A stretch of DNA of 64,000 nucleotides from Octopus vulgaris (lineage: Eukaryota), in the NCBI GenBank assembly GCA_951406725.2, contig OX597817.1:93620001-93684000 (forward strand), written 5' to 3'. A program made the translations under genes and the position numbers. Positions within the stretch are counted from its first letter, which is position 1; each line of letters starts with the position of its first letter. This document shows, one piece after another, positions 53,401 to 64,000 of the stretch. The notes under the pieces are model-generated. The model saw nothing but the letters and a program-made list of their open reading frames with translations, was not told the DNA's origin and did not search any database.

Positions 53401-54887
53401 CAGTGACTGGTTCGGTGGATAATTGTTTCATAATTTGAGTGGTTGATAGACTGGTTAATTTATTGGTCGACTGATTGCTTAGTTGATTGATCAATTAATG
53501 TAAATTGTTTAGTTAGTGTGGTCAATCAATGTTAGATAAATAGATTGGTTAACTGTAGCATTATGTTTATGTGTAGCATTATGCTTATGTGTGAGTATGT
53601 GCGCGCGCATTTGTAAGGCGCGAGTCTGTGTGCATGTGTGTTTATGTGTATATGTACATGTATGTATATACCTACCTACCTACCTACCTACCTACCTACC
53701 TACCTACCTACCTACCTACCTACTTACCTACCTACCTATATACATACATATATACGTAAACATGTGTGAGATGTGTGTATAACCAGCTGAAATTGCAAAG
53801 ATAATCTGGAACTGGATAGAGGAAAGAAAACTTCAAATGACTCATCCTTGTTTTTTCTTGTCCCTCTTTTGTATCATCTGTCTGGATATTTTGTTGTCCC
53901 ATTTTTGTATCATCTAGCTGTCTGGATGTTTTGCGTTCTTGTCTCATTTTTTGTATTCCTTTATATATATATATACACACACATACACACACAAATGCAT
54001 ATTTACATTTGTGTGTGTTTTTGTGTGCGCGCGCGCGTGTGTGTCGCTATAGACCCATATCTGCTTTTCTTAATTCCGGTTCGGCCAATATTTGTCGTTT
54101 ACAGGTGCGTAGTTCGAGAGAAAACAGACGAAGTCTCTCTTAATTTGGTCTATAATCTAACGGTGATTGTTTAGCTTCTTATTCTCTTATTTCATTATTG
54201 CTTTGCCTTTCTAGTCTGAGTATGCATTTTGATGTTTATTTATATGCTATTTTAATTTATGTGTATTTTAATTTTTTTATATCCTAATGTTTCCGATTTG
54301 TTCGTTGTTCCAAAATAGCAATGGAATATATATTTAACGCTGTTCCACACCATCAGAAGTGTAGTGATCTTCCTTTAAAGTGCCGAAGTTACTAGGATAT
54401 CCAATTGGGTAATATCCCTATATAATTAAAATATAATTATATAAAGCGTGTTTTCCTTCTCTCGTTTATGTTTCAGTTCCGTGTGACTGTCCTGTTTCAA
54501 TTGTTTCGCGTTTAGAATAGTGCTGGTTCTTTTTATTTATTTTACTGTCCATTGATATACTATAAATCAGATGTTAATCGGGAAATTCTATTATAGGATA
54601 ATATTATTTTTATAATATAGTCATTCATTATTAGGATCATAGTGTCATTATACAACTGATATGGAGCATACACGCGCGCGCGCGCACACACACACACACA
54701 GTGAAGGCATGTGGCCTGATGGTTAGGCTGTTATACTCACGAAAGCTAAAACGATGTAAAGCGCATTGTGACAAGCGATGTTTAACACCCGAGAGGCTGG
54801 TCGGTCACATGACCACGGTGTCACGTGATACGCGCGCGCGCACAATACACACTCGCACGCATGCCAGTACGCACACACACACACTTG

Positions 54888-54962
<75 letters not shown>

Positions 54963-54965
<3 letters not shown>

Positions 54966-56176
54966 AATGGGCTGAAAAGTTCATAGGCTGATTATAAAGG
55001 AGTGATGCTAGAGCTGTGAAATCTTGCATGCATTAATTTCATATCTTCTTATTAATAACTGCTTCGTCTCTTTTCTGGTAAACTGACATCTGACGGTTCA
55101 AAGAATACTTCAGAAGTAATTAGTAATGACTTCTCTTGAAAATCAACAAAATTTGGCATTGTGGTGTGATCAAGTACCTGTGGAAAAAGATTTAACCCCC
55201 AAGGACACTCATGGTGAAATCGTTGTTACATTAGGGGATGGCGCTCCAGCTTTTTATCAACAGTACAAAAGTGGGCTGCTGGATTTCGGAGGAGACGGGA
55301 GAGTCTTGAAGATCACCTGAAATCTGGACGTCCTGCAAGTGCTACTACCGAGGGGAACATTGTGCTCATCACATGGTGATAGAGGAAAGGCGATTCACTG
55401 TAAAGGAAATAGCCAATGCTATTGGTATAGCCGGTGGAAGAATTGAGAATATTCTACACAATGACCTTAGCATAATGAAAGTTTCTGCTTGGTGGATGCC
55501 ACGTTTTCTCACACCTGATCAAAAGCTCACTACGCTGATCACATCATGGGAAAATATGACATTCTTTCAGGCAGATCTAGCTGGTTTCCTTGAACGTTTC
55601 TCCATCCAGCATGAGTGATGGCTTCATCACTTTGAATCACAGACAACGAGACATTCCATGCAGTGGAAACACTCCTCGTTACCTGCTCCAAAGAAGGGTA
55701 AGGTCGTTTCATCTGCAGGAAAGTGATGGCCTCAATTTTTGGAAATGCAAAAAGCATTGTATTTATTGACTATATTCGAAAGTGTCACACTATCAATGGA
55801 AAATACTATGCCCCCTTGCTGAGGCTGAGGCAGTTATGAAAGGCTATCAAGACCCAGTGCCCAGGAAAACTCACGAAAAGGGTCATGCTTCATCAGGACA
55901 ATGCTTCAGGACTCAAGTCCTTCAATGACTGATGTGCGTGACTGTGGCTTTGAACTGGTTGATCACCCTCAAACCAGTATCGCAGTGATGATGATGTCAT
56001 ATCTGCTGTTAATGACTTTTTTGGTCAAAAGGAAGGAAGCTTCTCCACCAATGGGATCCAAGCGCTGTAACACCGATGGAAGAATTGTGTGGGCTGCAAG
56101 GGGAATTATGTTTAAAAATAAAGTTCAGTATCTTGATCAGCCTAGTCAGCCTAATAAGCTTTTCAGTCGACCCTTT
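54963..56176 (+). mobile_element. Degraded full-length mariner-type transposon
   Basis: TIRs ctgaaaagttcataggctga / tcagcctaataagcttttcag. Transposase remnants RRFTVKEIA, KVSAWWMPRFLT (WVPxxL) and HQDNA. Confidence 0.85.
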
Positions 56177-56217
56177 TGTGTATATATATGCATACATACA
56201 TGCATATATATATATAT

Positions 56218-56520
56218 CACCGTGACCGTGACCGACCAGACCATCAGATGTTGCTACACATCGCTGGTCACAATGCATTTGCATTGTTTTAGCCTTCGAA
56301 CGACGCCACCCCGCTGGCTAACCGAGCAGGCCAACAGAAGAAAGAGTGAGAGAAAGAGTGGTGAAAGAGTACAGCAGGGATCACCACCTCCTGCCGGAGC
56401 CTCGTGGAGCTTTTAGGTGTTTTCGCTCAATAAACACACACAACGCCCGGTCTGGGAATCGAAACCGCGATCCTCCGACCGCGAGTCCGCTGCCCTAACC
56501 ACTGGGCCATTGCGCCTCCA
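56218..56520 (-). mobile_element. Full-length tRNA-derived SINE S2
   Basis: tggaggcgcaatggcccagtggttagggcagcggactcgcgg...ggtttcgattccc head; 3' (ggtcac) repeats; TA flanks. Confidence 0.88.
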
Positions 56521-56529
56521 TATATATAG

Positions 56530-57820
56530 GGAAATTTCACAAAAAACAAAACAAATGACGAACACAGGTGGTTTAGACAACAAACACATATATTAGTTTA
56601 ACGCTCGGGAAGTGAAAAAGTCTTTAACGTTTCGAGCCTACGCTCTTCTACAGAAAAGAACACAGAAAGAAACAAGGAGAGAAAATAAAAAATGTATAGT
56701 GGCTAGCGATGTATCATGGCGAATGACGGACAGAGTGGTCACACAGGAGAGCTAAGAAGAAGAGGAGATAATAAAGTAGTGGTGATGCCAAAACGAAGGT
56801 GCGCGTGCCTGTGTATAAGATAGCATGTATATGGGTGTGGAAGAGGGCTGGTGACCTTGATGTGTGCGTGTGTGTATGTGTAGGTGCGTGGATGATGACA
56901 TGGGGCTGGGAAGTGCTCAGTGCTAGTGTGTGCGTGGTGGTGTGATATGATGTGGTGTTGTGTGGTATAGTGGTGTATGGTGTAGTGGTGTGTGGTGTGG
57001 TGGTGTTGGGACGTGGGGAGGTGAGAGTGGGGAAAGCAAGGGTAGGGTGTGGGTTACGCTGAGGGTGAGGGTAGAGGTGGGGTATATGGGAGTGGGTGTA
57101 AGGGATGGGGTGGGGTGGATGGGGTGGATGGGATGGATAGGGAATGTAGAGTTGGATTGTGTAGGGGGTGGGGTTACGAGGGAGGGGTGACGATGAAGGG
57201 AGAGGGGGAAAGGAGAAGGTGGGTAGGAGCAAGGAGAAGAGAGAAGGAGTGTAGGAGTGAAGAGAAGAAGTAGAAGTCGGAGCAGGAGAGGAGAGGTGGG
57301 TGGGAAGAAAGTAGGTGTGAGAGGGAGAGAGGAGAGGGGAGGAGGGTTAGATGAAGAGAGGAGAAGACTTGAGCCCATGTGGCGCAAAGAAGTGAAGAGA
57401 GAAGATTAATCCCTGTTCACGGCGAAAACGGGAGTCCGGATGGCCCCTGTGCAAGGACAATTCGAACACAGACAAGTGTTGCAAAGAGTGACCGGTAGTG
57501 CGGAAATGGCGCGAGACCGGGGTGCCATTACTGAATCGGATGTCTCGGAGGTGTTCCGCGAACTGGTCAGCCAAGTAGCGTCCCGTTGTATAGAGAAGGG
57601 CAGAGAGAGCAGGAGATGTAGTAGATGATAATTGGAAAAAGTGCAGGTGAAGGAGTCGGTGATATGATAGAGTCGATGATGGGTGTCGGTGAGGAGGGTG
57701 GTGTTGGAGATGTAAGGGCAAATGCGGCAGCGTGGGCGGGAGCAGGGGAATGAGCCGAAAACTTTTCGGCATTTCTCACGCTCTACTTCACACGTTTCGC
57801 TCACCATATGCCGAAAAGTT
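56530..57820 (-). mobile_element. 5'-truncated Penelope-like element (Neptune-like): Cys linker + GIY-YIG remnant, C-rich 3'UTR, pLTR with hammerhead-like motif
   Basis: FPCSRPRCRICPYI..FTCTFSN and TGRYLADQFAEHLRDIR..PVSRHF..H..REQGLIFSL..PHGL in shifted frames. Motif CTGTAGA a gagc gtag gctc GAAA cgtt at 56621-56659. Confidence 0.85.
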
Positions 57821-57969
57821 CCCACTCTCCTATTTTGTTATACAACAACTCTACACATTTCCGTAATTTTAAACATTAATATGTGACTAACACGCAAGAG
57901 CAATATTGGATGGTAATAATGAAATAAGCAGATGTGCATCAAGAGGAAACAGTCAAGATTTGCAGTTCC

Positions 57970-58269
57970 ATATTTAAGAGATGAGGAATTATGTACATTA
58001 TTTACATTTGACGGATATTTGCCCTCATCTTCTTTGTTGTTAACACAACATTTCGGCTGATATACCCTCCAGCCTTCATCAGGTGTCTTGGGGAAATTTC
58101 TAACCTGGGTTCTCATTCCCAAGGTATTTTTCGATCTTCTTCTTCTTCTTCTTCTTCTTCTTCTTCTTCTTCTTCTTCTTCTTCTTCTTCTTCTTCTTCT
58201 TCTTCAGGTCACTGCCTGGAATCGAACTCGGAATATTGGAGTTCGATTCCAGGCAGTGAACTAAATAAC

Positions 58270-58306
<37 letters not shown>

Positions 58307-58456
58307 TCGAAAAATACCTTAGGAATTAGAACACAGATTCAAAATTTCACCGAGATACCTGATGAAGGCTGGAGGGTATATCAGCTGGAACGTTGTGTTA
58401 ACAACAAACAAGATGAGGATAAATATCCGTCAAATGTAAATAATGTAAATAATGTA
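57970..58456. mobile_element. Palindromic hammerhead element family A, copy 4 (most complete)
   Basis: Arms 57970-58135 and 58303-58456 with hammerheads at 58042-58087 (-) and ~58354-58399 (+, GAAA>GGAA). Linkers (TTC)n and (AAT)n. Central 21-bp perfect hairpin at 58209-58259. Confidence 0.85.
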
Positions 58457-59307
58457 GTTAAGATTTATCCTAACTACCTATATTACATGCACACACACAC
58501 ACACGCACACACACATACACACACGCATACACACACACACACACATGCATATATCTTTCTCCCCCACCCCATAAATCAAACGGTAGTAATTCGGACAATC
58601 TCATTTAGTCCGATACTTTTGCAATCGTTTTCACACAGTGAATACTCTAATTGCTAGAAACTGCAGTCAAACTCCTTTAAATCATATTCTATCATAAGGT
58701 CACAATGGAAAATGTATTCCTAGATACACTATTTGAACAAAAGTAGAGATATTGACGCCTTCGATCAGATCAGAAGTGTGCTCGATCAGCGCTGACTTAG
58801 GGTTCAACTGCAAAATGTCAATAACGACAGCACCACGCCTGTCACTAAGTTTTAAATGGGTGGATGTGTGGGGTGAACCAGTGATGCGATTCAATTGCAA
58901 AGGCTGTAGCCAGGAATAGAAACCAGATCGCTGAACTCGACTCTTGAAAGACATCTGTTTAGCAGACGGCACGTCGCTCTCTACAGGCAAAGCGATTTTA
59001 GATTTAAAACACCACCACCGCCGCCACCATCAGCGACTGCAAAAACGCTAATTTATATATATATATATAAAAAAAAATATATAATAAGGTTTTAATTCTG
59101 TATTTTCCTGCCCCGAACTAAACAACGAAAGGTTAAACCAAGGAATTATAAACTGGAGAATTATAAAGATTTAATCTATTCTCATTTAATCTCTTTTAAT
59201 CACAGGTAACAACAATTCTCCCCACCTCTCTCTTTCTCTCTCTAATTACATTTCGTTTGAAAATTTTAGATGAAGATTAATCAATAGAAGAGATTATAAT
59301 ATTTCAT

Positions 59308-59441
59308 TTGGACTGAAAGGCGGTGAAGTTGCAGTAAAGATGGTAGTAATCGGAATAACTCCTTAGTGGTATTTTGGACTGAAAGGTGGTGAAGTTGCGG
59401 TAAAGATGGTAGTAACCGGAATAAATCCCTAGTGGTATTTT
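59308..59441 (+). repeat. 66-bp tandem duplication at the head of a diverged SINE
   Basis: ttggactgaaagg.ggtgaagttgc.gtaaagatggtagtaa.cggaataa..cc.tagtggtatt occurs twice. Confidence 0.85.
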
Positions 59442-59647
59442 CGTACGACCTATTATGTGCTAAGTTCATATTTCTGCTACAGTAGACTTTGACTTTGGTT
59501 CACCTGGACTTGACATAATGGGTACCAGAGAACTACTGGAGAGAAGGTCTGTTTAATTAACTGATCACCCCCCTGTGCTTTTGTTTTAGAAATACTGTTT
59601 CGAGTTCAAAATCATAAATACATTAATGAAAATGATTTTCAACATAT

Positions 59648-59741
59648 AACATGGTTCCGGGTTGTCTTCTACTATAGCCTCAGGCCGATCAAAGCCTTGT
59701 CAGTGGATTCGGTAGGCGGAAACTGAAAGAAACCTGCTGTG

Positions 59742-59772
<31 letters not shown>

Positions 59773-59990
59773 GCTGAATATATCTATATGTGTGTGTCTT
59801 TGTGCCCCTCATCACCGCTTGTCAATCGGCGCTGGTGTGTTTATGTCCTCGTAGCCTATCGGTTCGGAAAAAAGAGACCGATAGAATAAGTACTGGGCTT
59901 AGAAAAATAAGTCCTGAGGTCGATTTGTTCGACTAAAATCCTTCAAGGTGGTGCACCAGCTTGACCGCAGTCAAATGATAGATAAAAGGG
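59648..59990 (+). mobile_element. SINE S1
   Basis: catggttccgggtt..tcttctactatagcc..gaaactgaaaga, (TA)n, tail gagaccgatagaataagtac..gtcgatttgttcgactaaa. Confidence 0.8.
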
Positions 59991-62231
59991 ATCTAGTTTT
60001 TTTTTATTCGCAAAATATGCATTTTTTAAAAGACAGTAAAATATCTGAAAATCGGCTATAATAGTATAGTTTTCTAGTCTAATTGCTATGAAGGTATGAT
60101 TTTGTGGAGAAAAAAAAAATTGGAGGAAAAAGTTACAGAGGTTTAAAAATCGGAAAAACTCTGTATTTTTTAGCCAATAGCGAGACAGAAGTTTTCTGCG
60201 TTTAGTCAACTTTAAGGTTGTACCCTGTGAAATTTATAGTTTAGCGTCTGTGAAATGACCTCTTCATTGTAGGTTTCTAAATAAACAGAAATACCTAATA
60301 AATTCAACATGTATCATCTTACTGTTTCTTTTGTCTCTTCATAGGTTGTATGTTTCTATTATTTTTTTAAAATTTGTTATATTAATATATTTGTCTGCAT
60401 ATGTTTACTTTATGCGTATTTCAGTATTATGTATACCTGTCATGTATTTGTGTACATCATTAATATATAAGTGCTTACGCGCGCGCGTGTGTGTGAAAAG
60501 GGAGCGTCTGTCTCCAAAACTTCAAACATGAGTAACGTTTTCATACTTGGATTTTTAAACTACGATAAGAATAACACTGCTCAACAAAGAATTTGTCCAA
60601 AGAAAAGGAATACCTATATCTTACATGTTTTTACATGCAGAATTCAAAAATAATGTCAAATTATCTGTATTAAGTTCACATAATCCATTCACCTTCGTAA
60701 TGCCAAGAAACTATAAACATCGCAAACAACTTTTGCTATATATGAAAAATATGTAAAATATTAAGACAATTGATGAAAAATATCTACAATAAAATTCTAA
60801 TTGATAAATATAAATTTTTATCAAAACAAAACACGCGGGTGAAGTAAATCTCGTGGTGTGAAGAATCAACACAACAATCAGGTGAAGCAAAACACAACGT
60901 GCGGTTGTCATGGTAACATGCTGTTAATGCCCCGCTGTCTGTTGATTGGCTAAAATTACCCTACTTTCCGAACTTTAATTCCAAATAACATCAGATTCTT
61001 TAATTTACGAGATAAAGTAATTGTAATCAAAATTCAGAGTTGCATCGATACACAAAAATTGAAAGCAATCAGAACAAAATTAAAGGGGTCTCATTTTGCG
61101 AATGAAAAAGACTAGATCTGATAAAAGACATGTACCAGTAATTTAACAGGATTGAGCCAATCAGCTATCTCATATTTCTACCGCTTCACTTTCGCCGGGT
61201 GTGCTGTAGTCACACTAGGTTTCGCCTAGTGGTGTGTTATTGCCATGTTAAGACACCACCATATCCACCAAGTGTATTGTTGTTATGTTACAACACTATA
61301 TTCCTACCAATTGTAGCCATGCTAGGACACTGTGTTTCTCCTGTGTAGCTTATAATCTGTCAGGCTAGGGATCTCATCACAAACTGATGAGACCTGCTAC
61401 AGGTATCACGTAAGCAAATACTACGTGTTCCATGGTTGAGTGATCGACGACTAAACTGGCTCTTCCACTTGTGGAGCTTGCCACTCTTGGGAGGAGGGGG
61501 GGTCTGGATATATAGAAGGACTAAAAACAAGACCTGTCAAAGCGCGGATGTGCTCTTTGTGGCCCAATGGCTATCCAGTTGAGGAAGGCAATGGTAAGCC
61601 ACCCCAATACCTCTACCAAGAAAACACTATATGAAAGTAAGAATGAAGTAATGCTAAGGCTTCATCCGATCGGGAAGACTTTTGTAGTAGTATCATCTAC
61701 AACGGCGCCAAGTTTATGACCATGCTAATATACTGTAATTTCCATCAGGTGTGCTGTACTCTTGCTAGAGTATCCAGATTTTTTATTGATAGTGTTTTTG
61801 AAATTAGTCAAAAAAGAAAAGAAGAAAAAAAAAAGACAAAAGTGCAATACCATTTCTTTTGCAGGTCATCCCATTATAATGATATTATGTGGTTGTCTTT
61901 CATTTAGAATTTCAGTACGGGAACTCTGAGCAAAGAACTTTCAGAGAATGGTTACTATTCTGTGGAATAATTCTTGTTTAGTGCAATATCAGGTTGGGGG
62001 TTGAAGTGACACACAGTATAAATGACATGATGAGACGAGCATAACAGCTGTGTCAAGGTGGAAGGGATATATAACTAATGAGTTTAGAGAGGCCGAGGCC
62101 GTTATCGTAGCGGTAGAAGAGTTTGTACTTGAATGAGCCAGTAATTGCTATTGTTATTTCGCTATAAGTCAACCCTGACCCATACCTGATATATGAGTAA
62201 TGGGCCAGTCGTTATTTTTCCTGCGTAGCCT

Positions 62232-63152
62232 TAGTCCAGCTTGCAAGCGTAATTCTAGACGGAAGACAAGGCTCACAAAATGGAATCGCAGAATAATGAA
62301 ACGTATTGTGTCTAAAAGCTATCGAATTACGACAGCAAAAGAGACAGCTGAGCTAAAACACCATTTTATCAATCATGTGTCAACCAAAACCGTTTGTCGT
62401 TAGCTCCATAAATTTGGATATCATGCATGATAGGGATACAATTACTAAATTTTTGTTGTCCTCCATCAGCATTTGATAAGCAGAAAATATAATATTTAGA
62501 TTATCAGATGTGGTTCAATGGATAAATGGAACAATATCGCTTTTTCTGATGAATCATCATTCACCCTTTTACTGTTTAAATCGAGAGACAGTCCAAAGAA
62601 GCTGTCAGTTCTAAAAGTTTGGCTCCTATAATGAAGCATGGAGGTGACACTGTGATGATTTGGGTAGCCCTATCACGGAATTTTCTGAGTAATTTGGTTG
62701 GTGTATATGATAGAATTAACGCCTAGAATTATTTGAGTATTTTTGCTGACTGTGTTCATCCTATTGTACAAACATTGTTCCCCAATGGTATTGCAATCTT
62801 CTAGAACGATAATGTGCTAATTCGCACAGATAATATTCAAAATGGCTACGAAGTAGGCAACTTGGATTGGCCCCTATAATCACCGGATCTCAATATAATC
62901 GAACATTTATGGTGCATTTCGGAGCATCAAGTAAGGAACTGCTTCTCTCGACCACTGTCACTGAAAGAGCTAAAGTAGGATTTACTTGAAAATGGGCCAA
63001 AATTCCCCTGACAACCGTTCAGAACCTGTACAAACCTCAATTACTTAGTGTGTCAAAGCTGTGATTGATGCTAAATGTAGACCAACACTGTTTTAAACCA
63101 TAAAACTTCCATTAAAAAAGGTGTTTCCATTACTTTACCCACCCTTTGTGTA
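62232..63152 (+). mobile_element. Degraded Tc1-like transposon (transposase + right end)
   Basis: HTH region RRIMKRIVSK..TTAKETAEL..VSTKTV, then FSDESSF, KHGGDTVMIW and WPL*SPDLNIIEHLW. Candidate right end ggtgtttccattactttacccaccc near 63120-63150. Confidence 0.85.
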
Positions 63153-63502
63153 TACATATATGGTAATTGCTGCATCATTACAGATGATTGCTGTCTCCTT
63201 GTGTTTCCTATTGACAATAGTATTTCTAATTTTCCATCCATGATCTCTCAGTCCCGTTGCAGATTTGCAAGATTTGAAGCATTGGTCATGTATGACAGTT
63301 GTAAGTTACTGTGCGCGTCTAACTGGTTAGCTCTGCACACATCCCCACTCTTCTATTGCTATAGGGCTTAAGTAGATGGTGGGGTATGACAAATGAGGTT
63401 ATCATAAAGAGAGTTCTATACTCATTCAATTATAGTGATAAATGCTTGGAGAATATAAGTACCACTCTCTGAGTCTTCATGATTTGGGCTGTAATTTGAA
63501 CT

Positions 63503-63890
63503 GTAATTGCTATTGTTATTTAGCAATAAGTCAACCCTGACACACACCTGATATATGAGTAATGGGCCAGTCGTTATTTTTCTTGTGTAGCTTTAGCCAA
63601 GCTTGCAAGCGTAATTCTAAACCTAAGACAAGGCTCACAGAAAGAGATCGCAGAACATTGAAACGTATAGTGTCTAAAAACTGTCGAACTACGACAGCAA
63701 AAGAGACAGCTGAGCTAAAACATCATCTTACCAACCATGTGTCAACCAAAGCCGTTTGTCGTCAGCTCCATAAATTTGGATACCATGATAGGGATACAAT
63801 TGCTAAATTTTTGTTGTCCTCCATCAGCATTTGACAAGCAGAAAGAATAGTATCTTGATTATCAGACGTGGTCAATGGCTAATGGAACCT
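63503..63890 (+). repeat. ~390-bp local duplicate of 62141-62530
   Basis: Same start gtaattgctattgttatt; paralogous ORFs 62200-62403 and 63562-63834. Confidence 0.85.
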
Positions 63891-64000
63891 AGTGACAGGC
63901 CGAAGCGGGATGACCAGTAATCATGTGAAGCCGCAGATTTTACATCATAGTATTCCTCTTCTTGAAGGATGCTGTAACTGTAGTTAGGAGTCCCTTTCTC

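Noticed and set aside
56440-56520. tRNA gene
   Set aside because: The tRNA-like A/B boxes continue into a SINE body that is repeated at 35880 and 40471.
56714-57387. Pro/His/Thr-rich ORFs
   Set aside because: Low-complexity 3'UTR of the Penelope-like element.
61385-61415. Hammerhead (ctgatga gacctg cta caggt); also a degenerate family A-like motif at 2838-2878
   Set aside because: The GAAA core is missing in the first and CUGAUGA is missing in the second; at best these are decayed relics.

Overview
AT-rich animal genomic DNA, dense in microsatellites and almost entirely transposon-derived. The tRNA-derived SINE families and the TA/CA/ATT repeat load suggest a cephalopod, probably Octopus (inference). 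The only supportable host coding sequence is a 90-bp signal-peptide exon on the minus strand (33170-33259), so bases 1-33169 are probably one large intron. The window holds two near-intact LINEs. One is a full-length Tx1/L1-clade element with a 16-bp TSD (4702-9792, minus). The other is an RTE element with a PHD finger inserted in its RT, a duplicated 5' region around a TATA module and a 63-bp 3'UTR array (16753-21735). There are also fragments of R4/Dong, CRE, RTE, two Penelope-like clades, mariner, Tc1, a Helentron-type element, MITEs and many SINEs. The most interesting items are: (i) a TSD-flanked tandem dimer of a 459-bp unit that encodes an ~89-aa protein and ends in the same 3' tail as the neighbouring Tx1 LINE; (ii) four palindromic non-coding elements built from a tRNA-like head, a trinucleotide linker and a minimal hammerhead ribozyme with Penelope-type ends; (iii) hammerhead-like motifs with a variant core. 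Most ORFs in the track are microsatellite or antisense artefacts. All family assignments come from motif recognition by eye, not from database searches.
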